Source: Malacoraja senta
Lineage: Eukaryota
Direction: 5' to 3'
Assembly: GCA_038087875.1 (NCBI GenBank)
Contig: CM075977.1
Coordinates: forward strand, 241,366,001-241,430,000
Length of the DNA stretch: 64,000 nucleotides
The position numbers were made by a program, and so were the translations under genes. The notes beneath the pieces were generated by a model. It did no database searches. It was not told where the DNA came from and saw only the letters and a program-made list of their open reading frames with translations. Numbering within the stretch: position 1 is the first letter of the stretch; each line of letters opens with the position of its first letter. This document shows, one piece after another, positions 50,110 through 63,721 of this stretch.

Positions 50110-51990
50110 ATTGGTTTATTATTGCCAAGTGTAATGAGCTGCAGTGAAACTAATTTATTTGCGTGCTGTCCAATCAAATCAGATAATACCACACATGTAT
50201 ATAATCAAGCCATACACAAGTACAACACCTTATGCAAAGAGAAAAACACCAGTGTGCAGGAAATGAATTTTTATTGATCAAATGCTTTCTGTTTTATGTC
50301 AGCCCATTTCCATTCCTTGTTCGTTACAGGAAATAGTTTAGTAATATTTAAGTGTTACAGTTCCAGAGAAAAGGTTGAACGTTCACAATGAAGTTGGGTG
50401 GAAGATCATGACTACCCCTTACCTTACGGGAGGACCATTCAGTAGTCTGATAACAGAGGGGAAGAAGCTGTTCTTAAGTCTGGTATGATGTGCTTTCAAA
50501 CTTTTGTATCTTCTGTCTGATGGGAGAGAGAAGAGGAGGGAATGACAAGGGATTATGTTGACTGTTTTCAAAGGCAACGTGAAATGTAGATGGAGTTGAT
50601 GGTGGGGATTCTGGTCTGTGTGATGGACTGGTCTACATCCACAACTCTCTACAATTTCTTAAGGTCTTGGGCAGAGCTGTTCCCAAACCAGGCTGTGATA
50701 CATCTAGGGTGCCTCTGTAGTAGTTAGTAAGATTTGTTGGAAACCTTCAGAACCTCCTTAGTCTCCCGAGGAAGTAGATATGCAGTGTGTTTTTTTGGCT
50801 GTAGCTTCAATGTGGTCAGATCAGGACAAATTGTTGTTGATATTTATGTCTGGGAACTTGAAGCTCTCGATCATTTCTACTTTGGCACCATTGATGCTGT
50901 TTGTGGCATGTACTCCACCACTTTTTCTGAAGTCAATACAAACTTCCTTGTCATGTTGACATAGAGGGAGAGGTTATCGTCTTGACAACATGTTATTGAA
51001 CTCTCCATTTCCTTCCCGTACGCCATCTCATTGTTGTTCAAGATCTAGCACACTACATCTGCAAACATGTAGATGAAGTTAGTGCAGAGTTTGGTCACAC
51101 AGTTCAGAGTGTATAAGGGGCTGAGAATGCATGCTTGCAATGTTGGGAATTATTGTGGACGGCATTTTGTCACCTATCCTCATTGATTGCGGTCTATGGG
51201 TCAGAAAGTCAAGGATTCCATGGCAGAAGTGTGTGCTGACTCTTAGGTCCTGGAGTTTGGAGATAGGTTTGGATGGGAATATAGTGTTGAAGATGGAGCT
51301 ATGGTCAATGAATAGAAGACTGACATAGGCATCTTTGTGATCTAGATGTTCTTGTGATGAGTGTAAAGCCAAGGAGACGACAAACTGCAGTGGATCAAGG
51401 CTATAGATCTTACAGAGGTGTATAAAATCATGAGAGGAATAGATCGGGTAAACGTACAGCATCTTTTGCCCAGAGTAGAGGAATCGAGAAATAAAGGACA
51501 TTGATTTAAGATGAGGGGGAAAGATTTAATAGGAACCCGTGGGGTAACTTTTTTTACACAAAGGGTGGTGGATATATGGAATGAGTTGTCGGAGGAGATA
51601 GTTGGACGGGTGTTTACATTTTAAGGAAATATTTAAGAAACATTTAGACAGGTACATGATAGGATAGGTCCAGAGGAATGTGGGCCAAATATAAGCAGAT
51701 GACACTAGTGTAGATGTGGCATGTTGGTTTGCTTGGGCAAGTTTGGCCAAAGGGCCTGTGCCCACATTGTGTGACTCTATGACGCTATGACTCCATAAAC
51801 TTTCAGTGCAAGGCACACTACCTTGCTTTTCTGGCTGATAGGTTGATAGTGGTCTTCTTCAAGGAGGTGGGGACCTCAGATTGGAGTAGTTAGAGTAGTG
51901 ATGTCTATGAATTCTCCTGACAGCTGGTCCATGCTCGTCCTTAGGATAGGGCCACGCGCTCCATCTGGCTAAAGATGGAATGCAATGTTC
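50110..51990 (-). mobile_element. Degraded Rex1/Babar LINE, interrupted by a CR1 3' fragment (~51402-51790, plus)
   Basis: LDPLQF...[26 protein letters not shown] remnant; Rex-type 3' end. Confidence 0.75.
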
Positions 51991-54900
51991 TTAGTTGGAG
52001 ATTATACCATGTTATGTTTAAGTTGAGGCCGCCTATGACATTTGCTTTGGATACTCTTGATGAAGGAGAATGTAACAACACATAAATTAAGATGTACTGT
52101 AAATACTAGCAATTACATTCAGTGAAGAAATTCCATCTGTTCCATTTGGAAAGACCCTTTGTTCTTGTTACAGATGATGGGCAGTTATTGATAATTCTGA
52201 CTTCCAAATCAGCAACTTCAATAATGGCATCTTTCTGGGTGAAAAGGAGGGGATTTTTGTTGCCACCATATGATTATATGATTGAATATCTTTTGTCAAA
52301 GGAAATGTAATTGGTGAAGTTCTGCCTTGGTTACTGACTCTGTGATATGATAGGGATAGGGAAAGCACTATATTCAAACTGCAACCCACGAGAACAATAC
52401 CCAGATCATAGCCACAGACATCTCTCAGCTGACTCAGCACACACACTCCTGAAGGAACTCTACGAGCACACTCTGATAAAGATGAGAGAGGTAATCAGAT
52501 CCCTGCGTTCCTGCATATGTTATTCTTGGTCGATTTTGTCAGGACTCTCAGAGTAGTCCAAGATCTATCCCAAAAAGAATCACGGCACTAAATGAGTCTT
52601 TCTTGAAGCTGGGTAAAGAAAGTGAATTGCAGTTGAAGATTAATATACAAACAGCTTAATTCTCCTTATTAGTTTCTAGCTTTTGAATATATAACAATCT
52701 AGTACCCTAAAGATGGTTCGGTGGATCTAAATCAAGAACATCTGCAATAAGAATTGTTATTAAACATCAACTATTTAAAATGTGATGAATGTCTGTGCAT
52801 GCTTTTGGATTTCGAGGGAAAAGAACTGATTATGCGTGGAGTCATGGCATGATTAAATGGGAAGTCATATCCTGATCTTAACTGTCTTTGGGTTAATATA
52901 TTGTGGAAGTATGATCATGATTTTGTAAGGGACTGCTCTCTAGTTGAATTTACAAAGTTGGCCAATGTCCATTTGCGGTGTAGGCAATGATTGGAACCAA
53001 GTATACATCATCCATTATAGATTCAAGAACATTCGTCAAACTGGAAGCAACTATTCGTTGGATGATTTGTCACTGGTTGTTTGCTAATAAAACCACACAC
53101 TAGCTGTTCATGGCCTAGCTTATTTATTCGATATATGGAACACTCTCCAAACTGAAATAAAATTGATTTTCAGTTTCTGCACGAAGATCAGGGACAATAA
53201 ATGGCTTTTAAAATATTTTGTATTTGTTTCAGAATAGGTTTCTTGATGAATGTGATTTAATTATGCAGCTCTGCATATATTTATCAGTCTGCATAGACAC
53301 TGACATTCAGAATTAAACTGTAGGCTTGTTTGTAATCAATCTCTGTGGGAACTCAGGAAGGTATTAACAGATTACTTCCTCGTGCATTAAACTGATCCAG
53401 GAATAACACTCAGAACAAATTTAGGAAAATAGCTTTACCCCAAGAGTGATGTGTTTACAATTTTACTTGGAATACAATGCATTTGAGCTCAATTTTATGC
53501 CACTTGCATGAAAATATACTACATGCAGAAACAATGTGGGATTGAGCAATGAAGGCAGTCTTAAATGGAGGCTTGGAGCTTGTTTTATCATTCGTCATCA
53601 TATCCTTCCAGGCTATTCTCAATAGGTTTGAGTTGTTCATCTTCTTCCAGATAAAAGCTTTCATTAATTCTGAATGTATCCAATCCGCCTGTTGCTGTTA
53701 TGTCTCCTCAATCATTTCCTCAAATTCTTTCCCCATCATCTTCCTGAGTTATCTGCTGATGATGAATCAAACCCCCATTAATCATCTCTCTACCTTCAAC
53801 ATATTTGTTTCCCTGATTCATTCCCATGCCCCCCATGCACCATGTGACCATGGCCAAACAACACAACCCATCCACCCAATCATCATCCCCACAACATACA
53901 CTCAGCTCTCATACATCTTAATGGTGGAATCTCCCAAGCAACTTTCATGATGTCACCTCCACCACTCAATATTCCCTCCTTCTCTGTATCTACAAAGAGT
54001 GCCAACATCCACCACGAGTCTCCTCACATTCTGCTTTTATAACCCCCCCCCTGCCCCACAGCATAGTCACTCTTCCCCATGTATACATACAGATCTATGC
54101 CTGAGAGCGTAGCACTCAAAGTGTGTTGGTGCTCCATATATTCTTTCCCAACATGTCTTGTTCCACATTGAGCAAATTGTAAGACTGAGACGTTTGGAAT
54201 GATACCTTTTCTGTCATCTGCACATAACCGCCACTGATCACAATAGATCAATGTAATTGAGGCACAGATTTTGGAGGCCATATGTATTGAGATATAGACG
54301 GGCAATCAGAGTAGTCTAGACCTGTGAATAGGCTAAGGGAGCCAGCAAAAACATGAGTGAGCAAATTTCTGACAGGAACACCAGGACTGTAATGGAGAGG
54401 TACTTCAATTATCTTAATATTAGGGAGGGAGAGCACGGCATTCCTGAAATAATTGCTATGTAGGAAGAGAAACCCGTTGGCCTTTAACCCTTATCCAGAT
54501 AGGAACACACTTCTGGATTGAACCTCAGGGAATTAATTTAGAGAGATGGCAGTAATTTCAGTGAAAAAAATATTTTTGTTGTAGCAATCTTTGTATTAGC
54601 ATAGTTCAATGGTACTTTATTGCCACATCCACCTAAGTACAGTGAAATTCTTTTTTTGTGCATACATTTCAGAGACAATTCTGCTATACATTCAGCATAA
54701 TCTTACCAAGTATAAGAGTTTAAGATAGCAGAGTCCGTAAACAAGAGTCATCATGCTTTAGGTGCCATCTTGTACCCTTCAAGTCCAAAATTAAAAAAAA
54801 ATTGTTAATGTCTCAGCTTGGCCATAAGGCATGTTATCCTGGTGGCGGCACTAAGTGGGAGTTGCAGTGGTCGGCCTGGTCAGACAACATGTTGATGTCC

Positions 54901-55354
54901 TCCACTGTTGCTCCACCATCTGAGCCACTGCAGGGCACATAGTTCCATGTACTTTGCCACTCAGTTATGAAGAGGGCTATAAATGCAAAAGGATGAAAAG
55001 TTTCAAATTCGGCAAGACCAATTTTTCTGGATTAGGAAGTGATTTAGTGAAAGCATTCTGGAAAAAGTCAAAAAAGAGTTTCAGGAGAAGCATGTTACTG
55101 TCAGATCTTTTGGATAGTAATATGTGTGGAGTGTTAGATGTGAATTTTACTTCGGAGTCACGTGAGTGACTACGTGAAGAAGGCCGTCAGCCCGCATGCG
55201 CGTCATTACGTCTAACGCATTGCGCAACGACTGACTGGCAGGCGGGTCGCTCCTTCCAGCGGTAAGTAAAAAATCCTCAGGTAAGTGTTTAAACGTTCTC
55301 TGAGGTCGTTTCTCCTGGTTCGTTACTTCTACTTTCAGAACTAATTCGAACCTT

Positions 55355-56431
55355 GTGGAGAACATGTCCAAGTTGAAGAGACGGCCCGCGGGGAAACCGG
55401 TTACAGAAGGCCGCGGGCCTGCGGGTAGCGTGCGGCCATCCATTTCGCCTTCCGAGTTGCTGGCGGTGGAGCCAGCGGCTTCAGACTTGGTGCAGATCGA
55501 TAGCACCCTGGCAACCCCGCATGGGCGGAAAGCCACCAAAAAGTCTGTCAGGCCCGTTCACTCAGACGAGTTGGGCCAAGAGGGTTCCCCTCCTTCAATG
55601 GGCAGCGTCTGCGGGCGTCTGACCCACATGGAGCACCTGATGGAGAGGTTGCTCCACAATGATATGCTCCAAAGGAGGGAGCTATCACAGCCCGGGTCTC
55701 CTCGAGAGCCCGCAGCAGCGGCACCTGTTTCAGGGCTGCACTATGTCTCCCTCTCTGAGGAGGGGAGCATTTGGGGTCAGTTTTACTCTGACTCAGAGGG
55801 AGGTATGGCTGGGGAGCATATCTCGAGGCACGAAGGGCATGACTCGGAAGTGCCCGCAATGGCATCCAAATTTGCTATTCCGTTACAAACAGGGGAGCCG
55901 CTGGGAGAGGATTTAGCCATGAGCATTAATTACCTGGCCTCACACCAGCTCCAAGATTTGGCCATGGAGGGAACCACCAACAAGTACCATACTCCTGCCA
56001 ATTGTGCCTCATTGAATGTGCCGGCAGTAAATCACTCCATCTGGGGTTATATTGGAGGGGGCGTCAGAGCCCAGAAGGTGAAATTACAAAAAATATTAAA
56101 ATTGCTCGCCTCAGGCATCACGGCCTTTGCCAGGTCGGTGGATGGAGGGCCCCTGTCTGATGTTCAGCAGGACGCTATGGCATTAATGTGCAATGCACAT
56201 TTCGAGATCAATTGCCTACGAAAAAATGCCATCCGCCCTGCTCTGAACCCCAAATTCGCAGCATTGTGCAAGGCCGGGAACGTTCAGCCACCGAACCTCC
56301 TGTTCGCCAAAGATTTGCCGAAGCAGGTCAGGGAGCTGGATGATGAAGCCAAAACAGTCGGGCTTATGAAGGCCCCAACAACTCCCAAAGCTTCAGCTTT
56401 CCGGCGGCAGCGCCCCATACGCTCTCCTTAA
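55355..56431 (+). CDS. DIRS gag-like ORF1
   Basis: 358-aa ORF immediately after the left ITR (PANCASLNVPAVN...IW, LFAKDL). Confidence 0.75.
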   Translation: MENMSKLKRRPAGKPVTEGRGPAGSVRPSISPSELLAVEPAASDLVQIDSTLATPHGRKATKKSVRPVHSDELGQEGSPPSMGSVCGRLTHMEHLMERLLHNDMLQRRELSQPGSPREPAAAAPVSGLHYVSLSEEGSIWGQFYSDSEGGMAGEHISRHEGHDSEVPAMASKFAIPLQTGEPLGEDLAMSINYLASHQLQDLAMEGTTNKYHTPANCASLNVPAVNHSIWGYIGGGVRAQKVKLQKILKLLASGITAFARSVDGGPLSDVQQDAMALMCNAHFEINCLRKNAIRPALNPKFAALCKAGNVQPPNLLFAKDLPKQVRELDDEAKTVGLMKAPTTPKASAFRRQRPIRSP

Positions 56432-56629
56432 CACCAGGCGGTACGCCGAATCTGGTGGAAAAGCCCAACAACTGGCACAGAGGTCTTTTTTAGGGCTAGG
56501 CCCAAGTCCAAGATGAGCAGATGGCACCCTCCAACAGTCCTACCCCCCAATCCTCGGGGGCGGAAACAAACACCATACCACCGGTAACCATTGAGGTAGG
56601 TGAATTTGGTTCTTCGCGGTCCACATTAT

Positions 56630-58013
56630 GTATGGATCAGTTACAAGTTGGGGGAAGATTACAAAACTTTTTGATTGAATGGTGTTGGATAACATCAGAT
56701 TCGTTTATACTGCACAGTATAAAAGGCTTCCGAATTGAGTTCCTCCTCAATTCACTTCCACCCACACAGCATACACCGAACCGCACATTTGTTCTTTCAC
56801 AAAAGGAACGTTTGGATGCTCAAGTGGAAATTGAATCATTACACAAAAAAGGGGTAATTGAGATGTTGAGTCATGAATCTCACCAATTTGTGTCTAATAT
56901 ATTTACAAAGCAAAAGAAGCATGGAGGATGCAGAATCATCCTTGATTTGACTGAACAACACCTTTGTGCAGTATAGGCATTTCAAAATGGAAAACGTTGT
57001 TACTGCCTTACTATTGGTTTCCAAGCGATGTTATATGGCATGCATACTTTTCAGTGCCCATCCATGGGGATCACCGGAGATATTTGAAGTTTAGCTGGAT
57101 GGGGCAACTGTGGCAGTTTAAAGCATTGCCTAATGGGTTAACTTCAGCCCCCAGATTATTCACTAAATTACTAAAACCGGTCCTGGGACTACTCCAGGCT
57201 CAGAATCATATAGTGATGGCATACTTGGATGACACCCTTATCATAGGGAAAACTATGAAATTAGCTGCATCATCGATGTCAGCTATTAAACTCATGTTTG
57301 AGAGGTTGGGGTTTCTCATCCATCCAGTTAAATCCAAATTGACACCATCTAGAGTAATTGATTATTTGGGATTTACCATTAACTCAATTCACATGTCTGT
57401 GACTCTGCCTTGGGGCAAGCAATTTGAATTAATTGAAGCCTGTAACAATCTCGTTGTTAAGGACCAACCTTCTATTAGACATGTAGCTAGTATAATTGGC
57501 AAACTAGTGGCTGCTTTCCCAGCTGCACGATTCGGGCCTTTGCACTATCAAAATTTACAATGGGCAAAGGAGCAGGCACACAAATTCCATGCAGGTCACT
57601 TCAGTAGACCAATGCGGTTGCCAGCTGAAGCCATTGCAAAGTTACAATGGTGGGTGACGAATATTCGGCATTGCTCCAGTGCAATTTTGGTCGAATCACC
57701 ATCAGTTATTTTACAAACTGATGCTAGTTCTCTAGGATGGGGAGCTACTAATACAATCTCTAGCTGCGGTGGCAGATGGAATATGCAGGAGTCATTAATT
57801 CTTCAGTCACATGGTATTAACTACTTAGAGTTGTTGGGAGCACTCTATGGGCTAAAGGCTTATTGTAGCAATATGCATCATGTGCATGTTCAGCTTCAGA
57901 TTGACAACACTACAGCGGTGGCATACGTTAATCACATGGGTGGAATCAAGTCTGTATCCTGTGATAAATTGGTTAACCTTATTTGGCACTGGTGTATCAC
58001 GAGGAACATCTGA
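56630..58013 (+). pseudogene. DIRS reverse transcriptase / RNase H (frameshifted near 56960-57040)
   Basis: VGGRLQNF, GGCRIILDL, ALPNGLTSAPRLFTK, YLDD, TDASSLGWG, INYLEL, DNTTA. Confidence 0.92.
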
Positions 58014-58500
58014 GTTTCAGCTATCTACTTACCAGGTAGAAACAACATTGTGGCGGACACCAGATCATGGAAATTCAATGACAACACAGAATGGATGTTG
58101 AATCTAGAAGTGTTTAACAACATTGTCGCTCGGTATGGCATACCAGAAATCGATTTGTTTGCGTCCAGACTAAATCACCAGTTACCAAAATATGTCACGT
58201 GGGAACCAGACCCAGGGGCAGTGGCGGTAGATGCATTCTTGCTACACTGGGGTGGAATGTTTTTGTATGCATTTCCCCCATTTTGCCTCATCAGTCAGTG
58301 CTTGGCCACGATCCAGCAAGACTAGGCCTCTGGCATTTTAGTAGTACCAGACTGGCCTACACAGCCTTGGCTCCCACTCGTGCTGGGTATGATAACACAG
58401 GCCTTTTATGGCTGTCCCCAAAAGCAGAAATCTGCTGGTTCACCCTGTGACTGGGGAGAACCATCCACTTCATGACCAAAGCAATTTATTGGTTTGCAGA
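58014..58500 (+). pseudogene. DIRS Dam-like adenine methyltransferase domain (with stops)
   Basis: IDLFASRLNHQL...AVDAF...YAFPPF; continues past a stop into VVPDWPTQPW. Confidence 0.85.
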
Positions 58501-58504
58501 TTCT

Positions 58505-59472
58505 GAGGAGGCCATACCTGGGGCTCGGATTATCAGATCATATGGTGGATCACTGCGGCCTGGAGGGAGAGTGCCCAGAAACAGTACATCTCTCATATCA
58601 GGAAATGGGAGATGTACTGCTCTCTTTCGAACATATCGTATGACACGGCACGCATTACGGATGTGTTGGAATTCCTATCAACACTATTCTTTGATCAGAA
58701 CCTGAGTTATAGTGCCATAAATAGTGCCAGGAGCGCTTTATCATCTTACTTATTGTTGGGATCAGGACACCACATTGTTGGGTCTCACCCCTTGATAACC
58801 AGGTTCATGAAGGGCATTTTTAACTCCTCTTCCGCTAGGCCCCGGTATTCACAGATATGGGATGTGAGCGTGGTGCTCACGCTGCTTTGCCATTGGGCTC
58901 CAGCTTCATCTCTGTCTCTGCACAAACTCACCCTCAAGGTGGTCATGCTCATGGCGCTGATTTCAGCGCAACTGGTCCAGACGTTACACAAACTAAGACT
59001 GGACAGCATGGTTTCATCTTTTGATAATATAACCTTTTTTGTTTATGATTTAATCAAGCAGAGCAGACTAGTGGTGATGGTGCTCAAGTTAGATTTTATG
59101 GCATACCCCGTGGACCTTCGGTTGTGTGTAGTTACACACATACTACAATACATCAAGGTCACCCAGAGCCTCAGAGGCTCCGAATTATCTGTATTCATCA
59201 GCTACACAAAACCTCATAGGAAGGTTTCAGTGCAGACCATTTCAAGATGGTTAAAACAGGTTCTCGCATGTGCAGGTATGGACACTGACATTTAAAAATC
59301 TCACTCCACCAGGGCTGCATCTACGTCAGCAGCGAGGGAAATGGACGTCCCTCTCGACCACATCCTAGCGGCTGCAGGATGGTCTAATGAACTGACGTTC
59401 CAAAGGTTTTATAATAAACCTATCGCCAGACCGGGGGCTTTTGCCAATTTCATTTTAAGTTCTGTTTTATAG
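58505..59472 (+). pseudogene. DIRS tyrosine recombinase (premature stop at 59293-59295)
   Basis: YSAINSARSALS, WDV; in frame after the stop HSTRAAS...AAGWS...FQRFYNKP; first catalytic Arg appears replaced (SAQLVQ). Confidence 0.9.
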
Positions 59473-60229
59473 TTCCCCCCTGGATGAGAGGGGTCACTAT
59501 TATTTTCTTTGATTATTAAAGCATCAGCATATTTTAATCCATGTCATGTCTGAATACATTAATTATTTTTCACTCATCCTGGTCAACTGATGCAGTGTGT
59601 GATGCATGGACTCGTATCCATGGCATGAAATCACAGAGCTTTAAAATCTTCACGTAGTCACTCACGTGACTCCGAAGTAAAATAGTAAGATTAAACGAGA
59701 ACTTATCAGTTTGAAGTTTGATCTTTATTTTATGAGGAGTTACGATGAGCGATTACGTGCCCTCCGCTCCCAACCCTCGTATCATAAAGATCATCTGGTA
59801 GTTCTAGTCCTCTCTAATCTCACTATGCTCAGTTCAACAACTATCTGTGATCTCACACCGCTGCTTTGAAGATTGACGCGCATGCGGGCTGACGGCCTTC
59901 TTCACGTAATCGCTCATCGTAACTCCTCATAAAATAAAGATCAAACTTCAAACTGGTAAGTTCTCGTTTAATGTGACTATTAAATGGGTAATTCATATTA
60001 GCACTGTGCGCTAATGCGACAGATACCCTGGAAATATGTAAACAGAGGGCATGAAATAAACATTAGCATTTGAAACTTAAGAAAATTCAAAGATGTTTTG
60101 AAAGTCGTAAAGGAAATAATAAGACCAAAAATATAACCTTTGTATGGAGGCAGAGGTTGTGGGTAAGGAACTTAATACATACATCCACTTTACAAACAAA
60201 AACATCAAGCCCAGCATTGTGCATATGGT

Positions 60230-61870
60230 GGATATGCATGAAATATTATTTTGAATAAATGTGTTCACAAGAACCAAATAGAAGAGCCAAAAGGGGTTGA
60301 TGGGTGGGGCAAAAGGGGCCACAAAAATGCTCGGATTGAAGAAAATCCCAAGGCTTTTTATTCCTACATTAAAAACAAAAGGGTAACCATGGACAAGGCT
60401 CAAGGATAAAGGAGGGAATATGTGCCTGAAGTGAGGGGATGTATCCGAGGTGCAAACAAATACTTTGCACCTGTTTTTACCAAGGAGAAGGACATGGAGG
60501 ACGGTGAAATCATGTGGAGAATACTAATATGTAAGGGCAGTTTGAGATTAATAAGGTCAAGATGTTGGAGCCGTTGAGGAGCATTAAGATAGGCTGGATC
60601 ATAATAGTTGCATTAATTTGTAACACATCGGTTAGGAATGCTGTGTGGAAATCAAAAATGTCAGTTTTGGGGTAGTAGCCTTTGGGGTTTCAGTTTTGAG
60701 TCGCAAGAGAGGAGATTTTAGGAGCTTTGAGAAAGACCTTTGTGTCTTTTCTAGCCACAGATGAAGTCATGGAGGACTAGAGAGTAGCTAATGTTGTTCC
60801 TTTGTTGAAGAAGGGAAACAGACAGAATCCAGGGGAATATAGGCCGGTGAGCTTCACATCAGAAATAGAGAACCGATTGGATAGGATTCTTTGGGATAGG
60901 ATTTACTCCCAATTGGAAAACGATGGTTAATTAGATACAGTCAACTTGGCTTTGTACGCAGCAGTTTGTATCTTACTAAATAGTTTGAGTTTTTTAAGGT
61001 GATGAAGATGATTGATGATGGTAGGGTGGTGGATGTTGTCTATATGGATTTTAGTAAGGCATTCAATAAGGTTGTCCATGGTAGGCTGATCCAGAAGATT
61101 AAAATGCACTGGATTAACAGCATCTTGGTTGTATGGATTCAGAACAGGCTTCCTGATAGAAAACAAAGGGTTGGGGTGGGAGGACAATATTCAAGATGGA
61201 GGTCTGTGAAAAAACTGGAGTTCTGCAGGGATCTGTGCTGGGAACCTCTGTTGTTTGTGAAATACATAAATGACGTATGTAAATGGAGTCAGGTTGATTG
61301 ATAATTTTGCAGATGACACGAAGATTGATGGGGTCGTGGACTGACAAAGGCTGTCAAAGTATACAGTGGGATATAGTTCAGCTACTGAAATTGGTTGAGA
61401 AATTACAGCTGGAGTTTAATTTGAGCAAGGGTGAGGTGTTGCACTTTGGGAGGTCAAACGTAAGGGGAAAATATATAATTCCATTGAAACTCTTGCAATT
61501 ACAAACGTCTATATAATGGATCATGGTTACAGTGGACTGAGGCTCGTATTGCACCTCTCCCTTACCCCCCATTTCCAGCAGGTTACCCAATGAGCTAGTG
61601 CCACGCGACATGCTTGCGGTTGTGGGAATAGAGAGAGCGAGCAGCATGAGGGCTGCGTGAGTACAGGGCCTGCCCCTAGTGCAACATGTGTGGGACTGGG
61701 GGCTTCCCTACGCCCCCACCCACTGTGGGTGGTTATAGTGTAATACTGTTATAGCATGACAACATTGATGTACAGGGGGATCTTAGGGTTGAAGTCCGTA
61801 ACTCCCTGAAAGTGGCAACAAAATTAGATTGAGTGGTAAAGAAGGCATATGGTATTCTTGCCTTTATTGG
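60230..61870 (+). mobile_element. Degraded CR1 ORF2 fragment
   Basis: VDVVYMDFSKAFNKVVH, FADD and EVLHFGRSN remnants. Confidence 0.8.
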
Positions 61871-62119
61871 TTTTTATAGGCTATTTACAGGCCAGTTTGT
61901 TTAATATTTTCGATGAGCCAATTATTGAGATTATGTTACAGCATAAACCCTCCCTTCAAAGCCATTGACTAATCAGAAATGGTCAACATAGATTTGTTAA
62001 GGAAATTATTTCTAAATTTCTTGAGGTGGTAACAGAGAGAAAGTCACTAAGGATAAACTATTTCAAAGTGAATAGATATTACCATTAATTTTACCATGAA
62101 TTTCAACAGAAATTGTGGC

Positions 62120-63060
62120 ATGCTACAATTTGCAGATGACTCAAAGCTGGGTGTCAGTGTGAACTGTGAGGAGGATGCTATGAGAATGCAGGGTGACTTG
62201 GACAGGTTGGGGGAGTGGGCAGATGCATGGCAGATGAAGTTTAATGCGGATAAATGTGAGGTTATCCACTTTGGTAGCAAAAACAGGAAGGCAGATTACT
62301 ATCTAAATGGCATCAAGTTGGGAAAAGGGGAAGTACAACGGGATCTGGGGGTCCTTGTACATCAGTCTATGAAAGTAACCATGCAGGTACAACAGGCAGT
62401 GAAGAAAGTGAATGGCATGTTGGCCTTTATAACAAGAGGAATCGAATATAGGAGCAAAGAGGTCCTTCTGCAGTTGTACAGAGCCCCAGTGAGACCACAC
62501 CTGGAGTATTGTGTGCAGTTTTAGTCCCCTAATTTGAGGAAGGACATTCTTGCTATTGAGGGAGTGCAGCGTAGGTTTACAAGGTTAATTCCCGGGATGG
62601 CGGGACAGTCATATGCAGAGAATGGGGCAGCTGGGTTTGTACACTCTGGAGTTAGAAGGATGAGAGGTGATCTCATTGAAACATATAAGATTGTTAAGGG
62701 CTTGGACACACTAGATGCAGGAAACATGTTCCCGATGTTGGGGGAGTCCAGAACCAGGGGCCACAGTTTAAGATTAAGGAGTAAGCCATTTAGAACGGAG
62801 ACGAGGAAACACTTTTTCTCACAGAGAGTGGTGAGTCTGTGGAATTCTCTGCCTCAGAGGGCGGTGGAGGCAGGTTCTCTGGATGCTTTCAAGAGCGAGC
62901 TAGATAGGGCTCTTAAAAATAGCGGAGTCAGGGGATATGGGGAGAAGGCAGGAACGGGGTACTGATTGGGGATGATCAGCCATGATCACATTGAATGGCG
63001 GTGCTAGCTCGAAGGGCCAAATGGCCTGCTCCTGCACCTATTGTCTATTGTCTATTGTCT
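62120..63060 (+). mobile_element. Young CR1 3' fragment
   Basis: FADDSKLG...RPHLEYCVQF...RVVSLWNSLP; (CTATTGT)n tail. Confidence 0.92.
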
Positions 63061-63721
63061 GTTGAAGAAAACCCACACAGATCACGGGGAGAACATACAA
63101 ACTCCGTACAAACAAGTACCTGTAGTCAGGATCGTACCCAGGTCTCTGGCAAGTTTTGACTTGGCTCCTAGCACACTGACTCTAGTTTCTCAGTGCCATC
63201 CATTCTACCACTGTGCCACTGTGCCACCTGGAGGGGCCAGATACGTTGCCTCAATAATTTGCAGAACCACCAACACTAATTGGTGATTTAGGGCAGCCTG
63301 CTGAGAGCAATGCAAATGTTGAGCCCGTCCCAGAGAACTAATTGAGTGTATATAGCACCTCAACATTGAGGATGTTGGTCAGTTAAGATGCATGTGTATC
63401 CAACCTCATGTTCTGGACTTGAGCATGTAGTTGGTGAGTAAGAGAGTGGCTTTTTGCTTTGTTCACTGGTAAGAGTTTATAGAAAATGATAATACTTGGT
63501 TGGGGCATCACCCCCTCAAACACTCTGGAAATAGTTAACTTTAAACCTTGTGATGAGAAAACAGTAAAAAATAAGCGTAGACACCATTCTATTTCTCTTT
63601 CCCCTGTTGTTCTTCCCACTGTAATTCCAATCTCAAAATATTCCACATGCCTGAGAGTACCAGTAAATGTTGTCACAAGCAATCTCCAATGTATAAATGT
63701 ATATATGTATAAAAGGGTATC

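Larger units (their letters stand above)
55144..59981 (+). mobile_element. DIRS1-type tyrosine-recombinase retrotransposon, complete termini, ORFs mutated
   Basis: 35-bp perfect ITR core (55171-55205, 59874-59908); internal complementary region 59647-59759; ATT at both ends; gag-RT-RNaseH-MT-YR order. Confidence 0.95.

Noticed and set aside
58050-58325. Horizontally acquired bacterial or phage methyltransferase
   Set aside because: This is the standard MT domain of DIRS1-type elements in its usual position.
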